Assembly (NCBI GenBank): GCA_037441845.1
Contig: JBBIRK010000006.1
Location: 64,001-128,000 of the forward strand
From: Candidatus Zixiibacteriota bacterium
GTDB taxonomy: Bacteria > Zixibacteria > MSB-5A5 > UBA10806 > 4484-95
DNA: 64,000 bases
Reading direction: 5' to 3'
Position numbers and translations under genes: made by a program. The notes beneath the pieces are model-generated. The model ran no database searches. It had not been told where the DNA came from and saw nothing but the letters and a program-made list of their open reading frames with translations. This document shows positions 37,066 through 46,772 of this stretch, piece by piece; the stretch's first letter is position 1; each line of letters begins with the position of its first letter.

Positions 37066-38163
37066 ATGCTGCGGATAATTCTGGCGATAATCAAGAAGGA
37101 AGCCGTTCAGGTCTTAAGAGACCCGATGATGCTTCGCATAATCATAATGATGCCGTTGATACAGCTGTTCGTAATGGGTTATGCCGTCAATTTCGAGGTA
37201 AAAAATATCCGCCTGGCCGTTTATGACCTTGACAATAGCGCCGATTCCCGGCAGTTGCAATCATCATTCATTGGAAACGGGCTTTTCACCATCCGGCAGG
37301 CCGAATCCAAGATTCTCGATATCCACCGAGGTTTTCGGGAAAACATCCATGACGCCGCGATCATAATAAAAAACGGCTTCGCGAGGGATATAGCCTCCGG
37401 AAAAGCCGGCCGGATCGGATTCGTGGTAGACGGCGCCAACGCCTTTTCGGCCTCGGTGGCGATCGGTTACGCCAGCCGGGTGGTTTATCGTTTCAATCAA
37501 CAGCGAATGGGACTGGACATCCCTCTTTCGATAAGGGAAAAGAGACTTTATAACCCGGAATCTAAAACGGTCAATTTCATGGTCCCCGGAATAGCTGCGG
37601 TCCTGCTCACCATGATCGCCATGATGCTCACCTCGATGGCGATCGTGCGCGAACGGGAAAGGGGGACGCTCGAGCAGCTGATGGTTACGCCGCTGCCCGT
37701 GTCGGCCTTGATAATCGGAAAAGTAACCACGTTCGCCCTGCTCGGTTTTTTGGAACTGTCCATATTCCTGCTCATCGGTTTCAACTGGTTCCGTATTCCG
37801 TTCGTCGGTTCATGGTGGCTTCTTTATTTGCTGTCGTTCGTATATCTGTTTACGCCGCTGGGGATCGGCATGCTGATTTCCACGCTGGCGCGCACCCAGC
37901 AACAGGCGATGTTTTTCGCATGGTTTTTTTCGGTGTTCGCGATGTTGACCGGTGGATTTTTCACCCCGATCAGCAACATGCCTAAGGTCGTGCAGTATAT
38001 TACCCTGTTGAATCCTCTGCGCTATTTTCTTACTATAATAAGGGGAATTTCCATGAAAGGAGCAACGGCGACGATGCTGATTCCGGAAACCCTTGCTCTG
38101 ATAGCTTTCGGCACGGCCATGTTGGCTCTTTCTTACCTGAAATTCTCGAAAAGAGCTGACTGA
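37066..38163 (+). CDS. ABC-2 type permease (YbhR-like)
   Basis: IIKKEAVQVLRDP, IVRERERGTLEQLMVTP. Confidence 0.93.
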   Translation: MLRIILAIIKKEAVQVLRDPMMLRIIIMMPLIQLFVMGYAVNFEVKNIRLAVYDLDNSADSRQLQSSFIGNGLFTIRQAESKILDIHRGFRENIHDAAIIIKNGFARDIASGKAGRIGFVVDGANAFSASVAIGYASRVVYRFNQQRMGLDIPLSIREKRLYNPESKTVNFMVPGIAAVLLTMIAMMLTSMAIVRERERGTLEQLMVTPLPVSALIIGKVTTFALLGFLELSIFLLIGFNWFRIPFVGSWWLLYLLSFVYLFTPLGIGMLISTLARTQQQAMFFAWFFSVFAMLTGGFFTPISNMPKVVQYITLLNPLRYFLTIIRGISMKGATATMLIPETLALIAFGTAMLALSYLKFSKRAD

Positions 38164-38189
38164 CATCGCGCATGAATTTAATTGGAGGC

Positions 38190-38230
38190 GAAAAATCCGA
38201 TTGGAGAATCGCCAGTCCATCGGATTTTTC
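38190..38230. terminator. bidirectional terminator-like hairpin
   Basis: Perfect 12-bp arms GAAAAATCCGAT ... ATCGGATTTTTC after the efflux operon. Confidence 0.65.
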
Positions 38231-38355
38231 AAACAATTAGACGGAGTTGGACATATTATCTATATGGCAAGTGATACGATGACCTGCACTATAGAAACCG
38301 GCTTGACTTTAATCAGGTTGGAACATATGTCGATATCAAAGTAAAGAGGTGATAA

Positions 38356-39633
38356 ATGTCCGGGAAAAGCATATTGGTCTTGGCCCTGGCGGCCTTCTTG
38401 ATAGCGCCGGGTAATCTTACCGCGCAGAAAATCCTCATCCCGATGGATTTCAGCCAGACTGACCATCTGAAAGCATACGGCGTGGCTTACTGGTGCCTAA
38501 GTAACGAGACGAACGTCGAATGGCTGCTCAACTACCGCGGCGGTTCGTTTCTCACCATATCGCTTCCCCAGATTGAGGAGCTTTGCCGAATAAGAGGAGT
38601 CCGATACCAACGGATCGACGGGGCCGCCGAGGCGGCGATCAAAGCTGAAATCGAAGAAAACAACATGGAATCGATATTGCTCGAAAAAGCGCCGAGAGTG
38701 GCGATTTACGCCCCGCCGTTCGAAAAAATCGAGCAGTGGGATGATGCTGTGGCCCTGGCTCTTACCTACGCCGATATCCCCTACGATGTTTTATACGACA
38801 AAGATGTGCTCGAGGGCCGTTTGGCCGATTATGATTGGCTGCATCTTCACCACGAGGATTTCACCGGCCAGTATGGCAAGTTTTACGGCGCATATAGAAA
38901 CACGGCTTGGTACAGGCAGATCAAGGCATTGTCCGAAACTCTTGCCCGAGAGCTCGGATTCAGAAAAGTGTCGGCGCTCAAACTTCGGGTGGCTATGGCT
39001 ATCCGTGATTATGTGAAAAACGGCGGCTTCTTGTTCGCCATGTGTTCGGCCACCGATACATATGAAATCGCCCTTGCCGCTCACAATACGGATATAGTGC
39101 CGGCGGAATACGATGGTGATCCTCCTGATCCCGGCTGCCAGAGCCGCCTCGACTTCTCCGCCTGCCTGGGTTTCGAAAATTTCCAGGTTGAGCTGAATCC
39201 GGTGATCTACGAACACTCCAATATCGATACCAGCCCCACCCGCGGCCTACGCGGACTCGGTCCCGAAAGCGACTATTTCACCTTATTCGATTTTTCGGCC
39301 AAATTCGATCCCGTCCCGACGATGCTGGTGCAGGACCATGTTCCTGTCGTAAACGGATTCTGGGGACAGACCACCGGTTTCAACAGAACGACTATATCCA
39401 AACACGTCATTATCCTTGCCGAAACGCGAGTGCCGGGCGAGGCTAAATATATCCACGGGAATTTCGGCAAAGGCACTTTCACCTACCTGGGCGGGCATGA
39501 CCCCGAGGATTATCAACACATGATCGGCGATCCGCCGACCGATCTGAAACTGCATAAAAATTCCCCGGGTTATCGACTTATCCTGAATAACGTTTTATTT
39601 CCCGCAGCCAAAAAACAGGAAAGGAAAACATGA
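38356..39633 (+). CDS. secreted conserved protein (family commonly labelled 'asparagine synthetase B'; class I glutamine-amidotransferase-like nucleophile motif)
   Basis: Signal peptide; LIPMD..QTDHLKAYG, WLLNYRGGSF, WLHLHHEDFTGQYGKFY, FAMCSATD, GGHDPEDY. Confidence 0.75.
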   Translation: MSGKSILVLALAAFLIAPGNLTAQKILIPMDFSQTDHLKAYGVAYWCLSNETNVEWLLNYRGGSFLTISLPQIEELCRIRGVRYQRIDGAAEAAIKAEIEENNMESILLEKAPRVAIYAPPFEKIEQWDDAVALALTYADIPYDVLYDKDVLEGRLADYDWLHLHHEDFTGQYGKFYGAYRNTAWYRQIKALSETLARELGFRKVSALKLRVAMAIRDYVKNGGFLFAMCSATDTYEIALAAHNTDIVPAEYDGDPPDPGCQSRLDFSACLGFENFQVELNPVIYEHSNIDTSPTRGLRGLGPESDYFTLFDFSAKFDPVPTMLVQDHVPVVNGFWGQTTGFNRTTISKHVIILAETRVPGEAKYIHGNFGKGTFTYLGGHDPEDYQHMIGDPPTDLKLHKNSPGYRLILNNVLFPAAKKQERKT

Positions 39634-40466
39634 CTTATATCGATCTGCGCCCTTTCCTCGGTTTCAGCGAATTCTCATCGCAAACCTCACCGAAAGAGGC
39701 GGCGGATCGATGCTTGAGGCTGGGGCTTGCGGCGTTTCAGCTAGTCGGCGATTATCCGATTAACTTCCCGGAATTCACGCCGCCGGCATTTCGAAAAGAA
39801 GTGAAAGAATATATTTCCCAGAAGGGGTTACGCCTTCATTTTCACTCTCCCCACGATATTCCTCTTGCCTCCCGACACGACCGCATACGTCAAGGCGGGA
39901 TCGAGAGAATGAAGGAATATGTGCAATTGGCTGTCGATATGGGTGCCTCTACGTTCGTAATCCACCCAGGAAGATTCGCCGTTTATAAAATGAGCACGGG
40001 CAGCATCGTGCTCGACCAAAAAATTATCCCGAAATCATATTACGATCGCTTCTCCAATTCCTTTTGCAATATCGTCGAATTCGCCGCCGGCCGATTGTCC
40101 GTTCTTCTCGAAAACACTCATGGCTATTCCGATCAATTGTGTCAATTGATCGACGGTTTCCTTGATCTTGACGGCGTAGGGTTGGCCTGGGATATCGCCT
40201 ATACGGCGAAAATGGATTCGCTCGATCCGAACCGGGCGGCGGAATTCATTTCCAAGAGGCTTTCCAAAGTGAAGTTGATTCATTTGCACGATTACGCCAA
40301 AGGACGCGGCCATTTGGCTCTCGGAACCGGCAAGCTGAAAATCAAACCCTACTTGGACATAATAGCCGAACTCAAAACGGATACCATAATCGAAGTATTT
40401 TCAGAGGCCGATCTCGTGCGGTCGATCGCTTATATCCAATCGCTTTATTCGGGTGCGCAATCGTGA
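39630..40466 (+). CDS. sugar phosphate isomerase/epimerase / AP endonuclease 2 TIM-barrel protein
   Basis: HSP, IHPG, LLENT, IHLHD, HLALGTG, IIEV. Confidence 0.82.
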   Translation: MTYIDLRPFLGFSEFSSQTSPKEAADRCLRLGLAAFQLVGDYPINFPEFTPPAFRKEVKEYISQKGLRLHFHSPHDIPLASRHDRIRQGGIERMKEYVQLAVDMGASTFVIHPGRFAVYKMSTGSIVLDQKIIPKSYYDRFSNSFCNIVEFAAGRLSVLLENTHGYSDQLCQLIDGFLDLDGVGLAWDIAYTAKMDSLDPNRAAEFISKRLSKVKLIHLHDYAKGRGHLALGTGKLKIKPYLDIIAELKTDTIIEVFSEADLVRSIAYIQSLYSGAQS

Positions 40467-41569
40467 AAACAGTAGTTACGATCACTTTAGGCATGGCGAT
40501 CGTCGTGACCGCGGTTTTCGCCGACAGCCCGCGTTGCTCGATATGCAATCAGAATATCGAGGGGAAATACGTCCGTTATGCCGATGGCGATCTTGTCTGC
40601 GAAAATTGCATGAATCGCGTACCCCGATGCGATATCTGCGGCAAGCCCTCTTTACAAAACTCGCTTATCGACGGCAAAAAAGTCTGCCGGAAATGTCTGC
40701 CGAAACTGCCCGTCTGCGGGGTTTGCGGAAAGCCGATTGCGGGGGATCATTATCGCGGCCAAGGGAACACCGCAATTTGCCCGCAATGCTTTCTTAAAGC
40801 GGATCGCTGTTTCGTGTGCGGGGCGATAGGCAACGATTTGGTGGCCGCCGGTAGTAAAAAAGCTTGTCCGAGCTGCGCCAAGCGCTTGAATTTTTGCGAT
40901 ATTTGCGGCGAACCGATTTCCGGCACCGGCTTTTGGTTCGAAAACGACAAATCCAAACAATATTGCGCCGATTGCTGGAATAAGTTTCCTCATTGCTCGA
41001 GTTGCGATGCTCCCGTCGGCCCCCACGGAATCGATCTCGACGACGGCCGTAGCCTTTGCCGGAATTGCTACAAAGCGGCCATTTTCCAGCCGGAAACGGT
41101 GACCGAGATTAAGCTTGAGGTTTTGGCGTTCTTGGGATCAGAATTGGGAATGGAGCTGATGCACAACGTCGCATATTCGTTGCAAGGAATAGATTACATT
41201 CGTTCGAAAGCCGGCGAAAACACCGGAGACCTTTATGGCTTATTTCAACGCGAGGGGGATGATTTCAAAATTTACGTGCTTTACGGATTGAACAGAAAAA
41301 TGTTTTATCAAGTATTGGCCCACGAAATCGCCCATGCCTGGCTGTCCGAAAGAAGAGCCGACGAACCCGACCGGCTGACCAACGAAGGTTTCGCCCAATG
41401 GGTCGCCTATCATGCATTGATAAAATTCGGCTTCACCAAAGAGGCGGAGAAGCTTCTCGACCGCGTTGATGACTACGCTCTCGGCCTGAGGAAGATGCTC
41501 GATCTGGAAAAAAGAGACGGACGAAAGGAAGTTTTCAACAGGGCTCTCGCTATAGATCAGGATCGATAA
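40463..41569 (+). CDS. secreted multi-zinc-finger (LIM-like) DA1-family metallopeptidase
   Basis: Signal peptide; 12 CxxC pairs; DGRSLCRNC; VLYGL; LAHEIAHAWL; NEGFAQW. Confidence 0.8.
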   Translation: MKTVVTITLGMAIVVTAVFADSPRCSICNQNIEGKYVRYADGDLVCENCMNRVPRCDICGKPSLQNSLIDGKKVCRKCLPKLPVCGVCGKPIAGDHYRGQGNTAICPQCFLKADRCFVCGAIGNDLVAAGSKKACPSCAKRLNFCDICGEPISGTGFWFENDKSKQYCADCWNKFPHCSSCDAPVGPHGIDLDDGRSLCRNCYKAAIFQPETVTEIKLEVLAFLGSELGMELMHNVAYSLQGIDYIRSKAGENTGDLYGLFQREGDDFKIYVLYGLNRKMFYQVLAHEIAHAWLSERRADEPDRLTNEGFAQWVAYHALIKFGFTKEAEKLLDRVDDYALGLRKMLDLEKRDGRKEVFNRALAIDQDR

Positions 41570-41586
41570 AGATTCCGCGTTCAAAT

Positions 41587-42993
41587 CTAAGGATTCACAA
41601 GCCGACCCTTGCGACCGATAATCCTGTCAAATATATAAATCAAAATCGAAACGCCCAAGCCGGGATAAATGGGGTCGATCGTTCCGGGGTATCCATCCCT
41701 GAACCGACCGAGCGCGAACCAGCCGATTACGGCCAGCGCGCTGGCGACTATGGCGATCGCGGCTCCACGCGAGCTCATCCGCCAATTACTGGTGAACGAA
41801 CTGGAAACAGGCAGCAACAAAGCGCCGGTGCTCAGGGTGCCGAAAATGTACCAGATCTCGATAACCGATCGCAAAAGCAAGGCGATCAGCACCGCCATCG
41901 CCGCCGAAAAAATCAGGCCGAGCCTCGTGTAAAGATTTATTGTCCTGCCTTCGGGATTGCGTCTGCTCAACCGTAGTAATATATCTTTGCCGATAGTCGT
42001 CCCCGACACGAAAGCGTAACTGTCCACCGTGGACATGATCGTGGCGAACAGCCCTACCAGAAATATCGCCTTGAACAGCCCCGGCAGAACCATCGCTCCC
42101 AACGCCGGATACGACATCATCGGATCGGGCAGTTCGGGAAGCAGAGCCCGCGCATACATGCCGGAGAATGTGGTCATGAAATCGAATACCGCCCAGAGTG
42201 GAATCGATAGCAACAATCCTCTCCGCGCAGTCTGTTTGTCCCGGGCGGCGAAACATCGCTGGTAAAAAGCCGGTTCCACGAGCGCCGAAAGGGCGATGAA
42301 ATACCAGGCCAAAATATAAGTCGCCGGTCGATCGCCTTTCCAACTGAAAAATTCCGGAGCAAGTCTGGATTGCAGAAATCCGATACCGCCGAAATTGAAA
42401 AAAAGAAATATAAGCATTATGGCGAACCCGACGAACATCAAGATAAACTGTATGATGTCGGAATAGACATCTCCTCTGAGTCCGCCGGAATAGACATAGA
42501 CAACCGAAAATACCGCCCCGGCCACGACTCCTACGGCCAGCGGTATCCCGAACACGTATTGCGCCAGCACGCCGACCTGCAGAATATATGCCGCCGGCGC
42601 CGCATTGATAAACACCAGCACCGCTCCGGATACCGCCGCGGGTCGGCCATACGCCAGCGCCAGCTGATCGGGGATAGTGTAATGCCCGCTTTGCCTCGCC
42701 CTACCCGCCAGAAATATCGCGAATAAAAACGCCGCAAGATAATACGGCAGGCCGAACACCAGCCAGTTGGATATTCCATGCCTGAAAGAATACTCGCCGA
42801 CTCCCAATATGCCGCCGTACCAGGTGGAGACCGTGCTGGCAACGAACGCGGGCAAGGTCAGCCTTCGCCCCATCAACAGATATTCGTCGGCGCTGTCCCT
42901 GTTCCTCGAAAAAAGTCCGTAGCCCAGTCCAAGCAGATAGGCAAGGTAAATCCCCAAAAGAATCAGGCTGTATATGTCATAGCCGGGATTCAT
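41587..42993 (-). CDS. sodium:solute symporter (probable thiamine or precursor transporter)
   Basis: YLLMGRRL, STWYGG, SGGLRGDVYSDIIQF, YQRCFAA, ATIMSTVDS; many TM helices; downstream of the TPP riboswitch. Confidence 0.9.
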   Translation of the reverse strand: MNPGYDIYSLILLGIYLAYLLGLGYGLFSRNRDSADEYLLMGRRLTLPAFVASTVSTWYGGILGVGEYSFRHGISNWLVFGLPYYLAAFLFAIFLAGRARQSGHYTIPDQLALAYGRPAAVSGAVLVFINAAPAAYILQVGVLAQYVFGIPLAVGVVAGAVFSVVYVYSGGLRGDVYSDIIQFILMFVGFAIMLIFLFFNFGGIGFLQSRLAPEFFSWKGDRPATYILAWYFIALSALVEPAFYQRCFAARDKQTARRGLLLSIPLWAVFDFMTTFSGMYARALLPELPDPMMSYPALGAMVLPGLFKAIFLVGLFATIMSTVDSYAFVSGTTIGKDILLRLSRRNPEGRTINLYTRLGLIFSAAMAVLIALLLRSVIEIWYIFGTLSTGALLLPVSSSFTSNWRMSSRGAAIAIVASALAVIGWFALGRFRDGYPGTIDPIYPGLGVSILIYIFDRIIGRKGRLVNP

Positions 42994-45500
42994 TAAAAGG
43001 CCGCTTTAAGCGACAAATATAGATTTCGTTCGGCCGCCGCCATATATCGAGGCAGGCCGTCGTCCGGCTCAATATACGCCGCTGCCGCGTATTTACGGTT
43101 GCCCGCATTGTTTATCCTGAGCGAAAGGACATATTCGCCGTATCTGTCCGGCAAAGGCAGTTCCGCGGTGAGATCGCCATCGATGACCAAATAGGAATCG
43201 AGCCGATACTGTTCCGCGTTATCGATAAATTGGCTGCCCACGAATCTACCCTGTATTCCGAACGTGAATCGGTGCGCAGATACGGTCCCGCGAAGATTGG
43301 CGATCATCCTAGGATAGCCGCCGATCCGATTGCCGGACCTATCCAAGGTATCGCCGTAGTAATCGTATTCGATGTAATCGATGAATCGATCGTCGTTGAA
43401 ACAGAAGTTGCCGTCCAGCCCGAACCATCCGGTTTTCATCTGCGCCGATAGCTCGATTCCCTGGTGAAGCGTTTTTTCCGCGTTTCCCGATATCGGCAAA
43501 CCCATATCATCGAGCTGCCCGGCATAAGGAATCAATTCGTCTCGGATTTCCATGCGGTAAAGATTGACCGAGCCACGCAAATTCCAATCGCCGGTTCCGT
43601 AGGCCAACTGGGCGCCGAGTTCGTAATCGAGCAATTTCTCCGGCTTCAGCTCTTTGCCGATATAGCTCCAGCCTCCCGGTATCCGCACGAAATTATCCGG
43701 CCGCATCGGCGGGCTGGACCAAAAATCGGTCGGGTCGTAAATATCTTTTAACGCCGGCTGCCGCGATGCCGTGGCGATTGTCGCGAAAGCCGATACGTTC
43801 TCGTTGACCCGGAAATTAATGCCGCCCCGGGGCGATAAATAGTCGAAATCGCGCTTGAAAGTCACGCCGAATCGCCGGTCGTCACCCATATCGTAGCGAT
43901 GAAATTGATATTGGACATTGCCTAAGAGAGAGAATTTTTCGCTTAACTGGTAAGATTCTTGGATGAATGCAGAAAAAGTTCTGCTTTTCACGCGATAATC
44001 GTAAAAGCGGAGGTTCGGCCGTTCGTTTCGCGGGTAGATGCTCGCCCAGATTATTTCGCCGAAATGCCGTCCCGCGTGAATCCTCATCTCGCCGCCGAAA
44101 GACAACTTGTTCCTGCCTTTCTCAATAGTCAATCTAGGTATCCAACCCCAGTCATATTCATCTACCGTCAAGCGTTTCACGATATCCGATTCATAAACCG
44201 ACAGCGGATAATATCCGGTCGAGTCGGGCAGAGGGTTGCCCAGCGAGTCGCGGTTGACGTAAAATTCGGCCGGGAAATTATTTCCGGTTGAGTCATAAAG
44301 CGTCCAATCGGCCCCGTAAAAAGCGCCGAGATCGTATTCGGCCAAATCCTTGCCGTAGCGAAGCTGATTGTAATATCCCTCGCCCTCGAAAAAGTAAAGC
44401 GTGTTTTCCAATCTCGAATTTTCGCCTATTTTCCAGTCGTGAATCAACTCGTAATGCGGCTGATTGAAATGGTCTATTTCATTGTCGTATTGCAGTTCGT
44501 TGAATTTCCTGTCTGTCCGCAACGTCGCCTCATCGATCCCCTTATAAGCCAGATGGGATTCCTCTGGACCGCCGTATGTGTTAAACTTCAAAGTGTAATT
44601 TTCGCCATAACGTGCGATTCCCAGAAAATAAGCGAACATCCGCGTCCAGGACTTATCACGATAACCGTCCGTCTGCAACTTGGAAAACCGACCATAGAAC
44701 ACGTATGAATCCTTTATCAGCCCGGAGTTGCCCGAAATCGATACTTTTCGCGTGTTGTAACTTCCCAACCCCAGCTCCGTTTTCAATTCCGGAATCGCCG
44801 GAAAATCATGGGTTACCAGGTTGACCGAACCACCTATCGAGGACGGTCCGTAATGTGAAATCCCGACTCCCCGCTGCACTTGAATATCCTGCAGGCTCGA
44901 GGCGTAATCGGGAAGATCGACCCAAAACACCTCGTGCGATTCGGCATCGTTGAGAGGTATTCCGTTCAGCATGACCGAAATCCGTTTCTGGTCGAATCCG
45001 CGGATTCTCATGTAGGAATAGCCGACACCCGAACCGGCATCGGAATAAGCAAATACATTCGGCAGAGATGACAGCAACACCGGCACGTCCTGAGCCCAAT
45101 AACGATCCTCGATATCGCTTCTGCTCATGTTGCTGAATGCGATCGGGGTTTCGCCGATCTTGGCACGACTGCCCGTTACCACCACGTCCTGGCCCTCGAG
45201 CAGACGCGGAATCAACCGAATAGTCAGCGGACCGGTGCCTACGGCCTCTACCGAACGCACGGCCACCTCATAACCGATAAGGGTGACCACTATGGAGAAT
45301 TTGTCGGATGGTTGTATCGGAAGGCTGAACCGCCCGTCACTGTCGCTGACACCGGTTATCTCGCTGCCGATCACTTTCACCCAGGCGCCGGGCAGAGGCT
45401 CTCCACCTTCGGCGCTGATTATTCTGCCGGTTATCGCCGCATTTGCGGTGGAGACGATAGCCGCCAGAGCCATAACGATGGTTAGAATTGGTTTGAACAT
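42993..45500 (-). CDS. TonB-dependent receptor (probable thiamine uptake)
   Basis: Signal peptide, CarboxypepD-like N-domain, VVVTG, IRGFDQKRI..MLNGIPLND, IQVQRG, terminal Phe; TPP-controlled. Confidence 0.92.
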   Translation of the reverse strand: MFKPILTIVMALAAIVSTANAAITGRIISAEGGEPLPGAWVKVIGSEITGVSDSDGRFSLPIQPSDKFSIVVTLIGYEVAVRSVEAVGTGPLTIRLIPRLLEGQDVVVTGSRAKIGETPIAFSNMSRSDIEDRYWAQDVPVLLSSLPNVFAYSDAGSGVGYSYMRIRGFDQKRISVMLNGIPLNDAESHEVFWVDLPDYASSLQDIQVQRGVGISHYGPSSIGGSVNLVTHDFPAIPELKTELGLGSYNTRKVSISGNSGLIKDSYVFYGRFSKLQTDGYRDKSWTRMFAYFLGIARYGENYTLKFNTYGGPEESHLAYKGIDEATLRTDRKFNELQYDNEIDHFNQPHYELIHDWKIGENSRLENTLYFFEGEGYYNQLRYGKDLAEYDLGAFYGADWTLYDSTGNNFPAEFYVNRDSLGNPLPDSTGYYPLSVYESDIVKRLTVDEYDWGWIPRLTIEKGRNKLSFGGEMRIHAGRHFGEIIWASIYPRNERPNLRFYDYRVKSRTFSAFIQESYQLSEKFSLLGNVQYQFHRYDMGDDRRFGVTFKRDFDYLSPRGGINFRVNENVSAFATIATASRQPALKDIYDPTDFWSSPPMRPDNFVRIPGGWSYIGKELKPEKLLDYELGAQLAYGTGDWNLRGSVNLYRMEIRDELIPYAGQLDDMGLPISGNAEKTLHQGIELSAQMKTGWFGLDGNFCFNDDRFIDYIEYDYYGDTLDRSGNRIGGYPRMIANLRGTVSAHRFTFGIQGRFVGSQFIDNAEQYRLDSYLVIDGDLTAELPLPDRYGEYVLSLRINNAGNRKYAAAAYIEPDDGLPRYMAAAERNLYLSLKAAF

Positions 45501-45545
45501 CGATTGCTCCTTTCTCCTGTGAAGGATTACGGGAGCCGGCGGGGG

Positions 45546-45572
45546 AAACAAAAACCTCCCAGCTTCGGGAGG
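45546..45572 (-). terminator. riboswitch expression-platform terminator
   Basis: Minus strand CCTCCC-GAAGCT-GGGAGG-TTTTTGTTT between the aptamer and the start codon. Confidence 0.85.
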
Positions 45573-45580
45573 ATCGCTTG

Positions 45581-45663
45581 ATAATTCCCTACGCTGGCAT
45601 TACCCAGTTCAGGTTCAAAGGGTTTGATCTCAGGCCCCGTTTCCGGGACCACCCCTGTATAAT
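45581..45663 (-). ncRNA. TPP (thiamine pyrophosphate) riboswitch
   Basis: Minus strand AGGGGTGGTCCCGGAAACGGGGCCTGAGATCAAACCCTTTGAACCTGAACTGGGTAATGCCAGCGTAGGGAA contains the hallmark GGG...CTGAGA...ACCC..GAACCTGA..TAAT.CCAGCGTAGGGAA. Confidence 0.95.
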
Positions 45664-45844
45664 TTCTTGGCGCAATATGATGATTTAGGCTCAGCGGCGC
45701 AAGCAAAAAAATCGCATTTTAATCGATTAAAAAAGACAGAATGCTCCATCGGCGGGGATTAAATCATCCCGCTGAATTCGATGATTCCAATATGCCAAAA
45801 CCATCAGCATGGAGAAAAACGACTGGAGCCGATACCCCTCGTCA

Positions 45845-46150
45845 TCATTGCTTCTTATTCTCTTCCGCATTTTCTCTCCGCAAATCCACCACCGTGGCGC
45901 CCCAGCCGCCGCCGGAACCTTCTTCATGACGATAATCGGCCACCGCCGGGTGCCTGGCCAGAATCGTCTGAACGATCGCCCGCAGGGTCCCCGTCCCCTT
46001 GCCGTGGATGATCCTTAGCTGATAAATCTCTCTGGCCAGACATTCATCGATATAGTCGGGGATCAGTTGTTTGATTTCCCCGGGCCTGAATGTATGCAGA
46101 TCGAGTGTTCCGTCAATCGGCAACGGATGCGGCTCATCATCGCGCGTCAT
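45845..46150 (-). CDS. Smr/MutS2 C-terminal domain protein
   Basis: LPIDGTLDLHTF, RIIHGKGTGTLR, GGWGATVV. Confidence 0.9.
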   Translation of the reverse strand: MTRDDEPHPLPIDGTLDLHTFRPGEIKQLIPDYIDECLAREIYQLRIIHGKGTGTLRAIVQTILARHPAVADYRHEEGSGGGWGATVVDLRRENAEENKKQ

Positions 46151-46183
46151 TTGAGCAATTTAAATGTTATGATTGGCCTGCGC

Positions 46184-46217
46184 AAAAAAAATCCCCGCCG
46201 GAGGGGTAGCGGGGATT
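46184..46217 (-). terminator. intrinsic terminator of the 47-aa gene
   Basis: Minus strand AATCCCCGC-TACCCCTCCG-GCGGGGATT followed by a T tract. Confidence 0.8.
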
Positions 46218-46237
46218 CTTGGGGATCCTGGCGTCGG

Positions 46238-46381
46238 TTATTCGTCTTCCAACTGCTCGTCTTTGAAAGGATCGTATTTAGTGAAGTCCTCGCTATCGTA
46301 TAATTTGAACGACGCGCCCATGGCCTCGGCCTCCGCGCGCCGGTCTTTTTCGATCAAGTATTCGATAAACCTGTTTTTCAT
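46238..46381 (-). CDS. small 47-aa acidic protein (absent from the ORF track)
   Basis: GAAGGGAGGACGAT-ATG start; MKNRFIEYLIEKDRRAEAEAMGASFKLYDSEDFTKYDPFKDEQLEDE*; terminator 20 nt downstream. Confidence 0.75.
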   Translation of the reverse strand: MKNRFIEYLIEKDRRAEAEAMGASFKLYDSEDFTKYDPFKDEQLEDE

Positions 46382-46772
46382 ATCGTCCTCCCTTCAACAG
46401 GCTGATAAACAATAATCAGGCCAATACTCACGCGTTCGGTTGTCTATATGTTATTTAATGCCGGACAAGGCGTTAGCGAAAAAAATGGATACTGTCGAAT
46501 CCCCGAAATGTTTCAATATTCACTTGCAGGCACAATCTATGTGAATCGACATGCACAAAATTCCGGCACTTATTTCAAGCCCATCGCCGGCACTCGATTC
46601 ACTCGCCCCTCGTTGGCGAGCGCGGTTGTTTTTTCGACGATGATGTTATATATAGGAACAATTCGCTGTTTATAGCATAAAGCTGAATGATGTCGGAAAG
46701 GAGGCGAAATAAATCGACGGAAAATGTCGTGCGGCAGCCGTGATTTGAGCGCCGTCGCCGATCTAAGAATCC

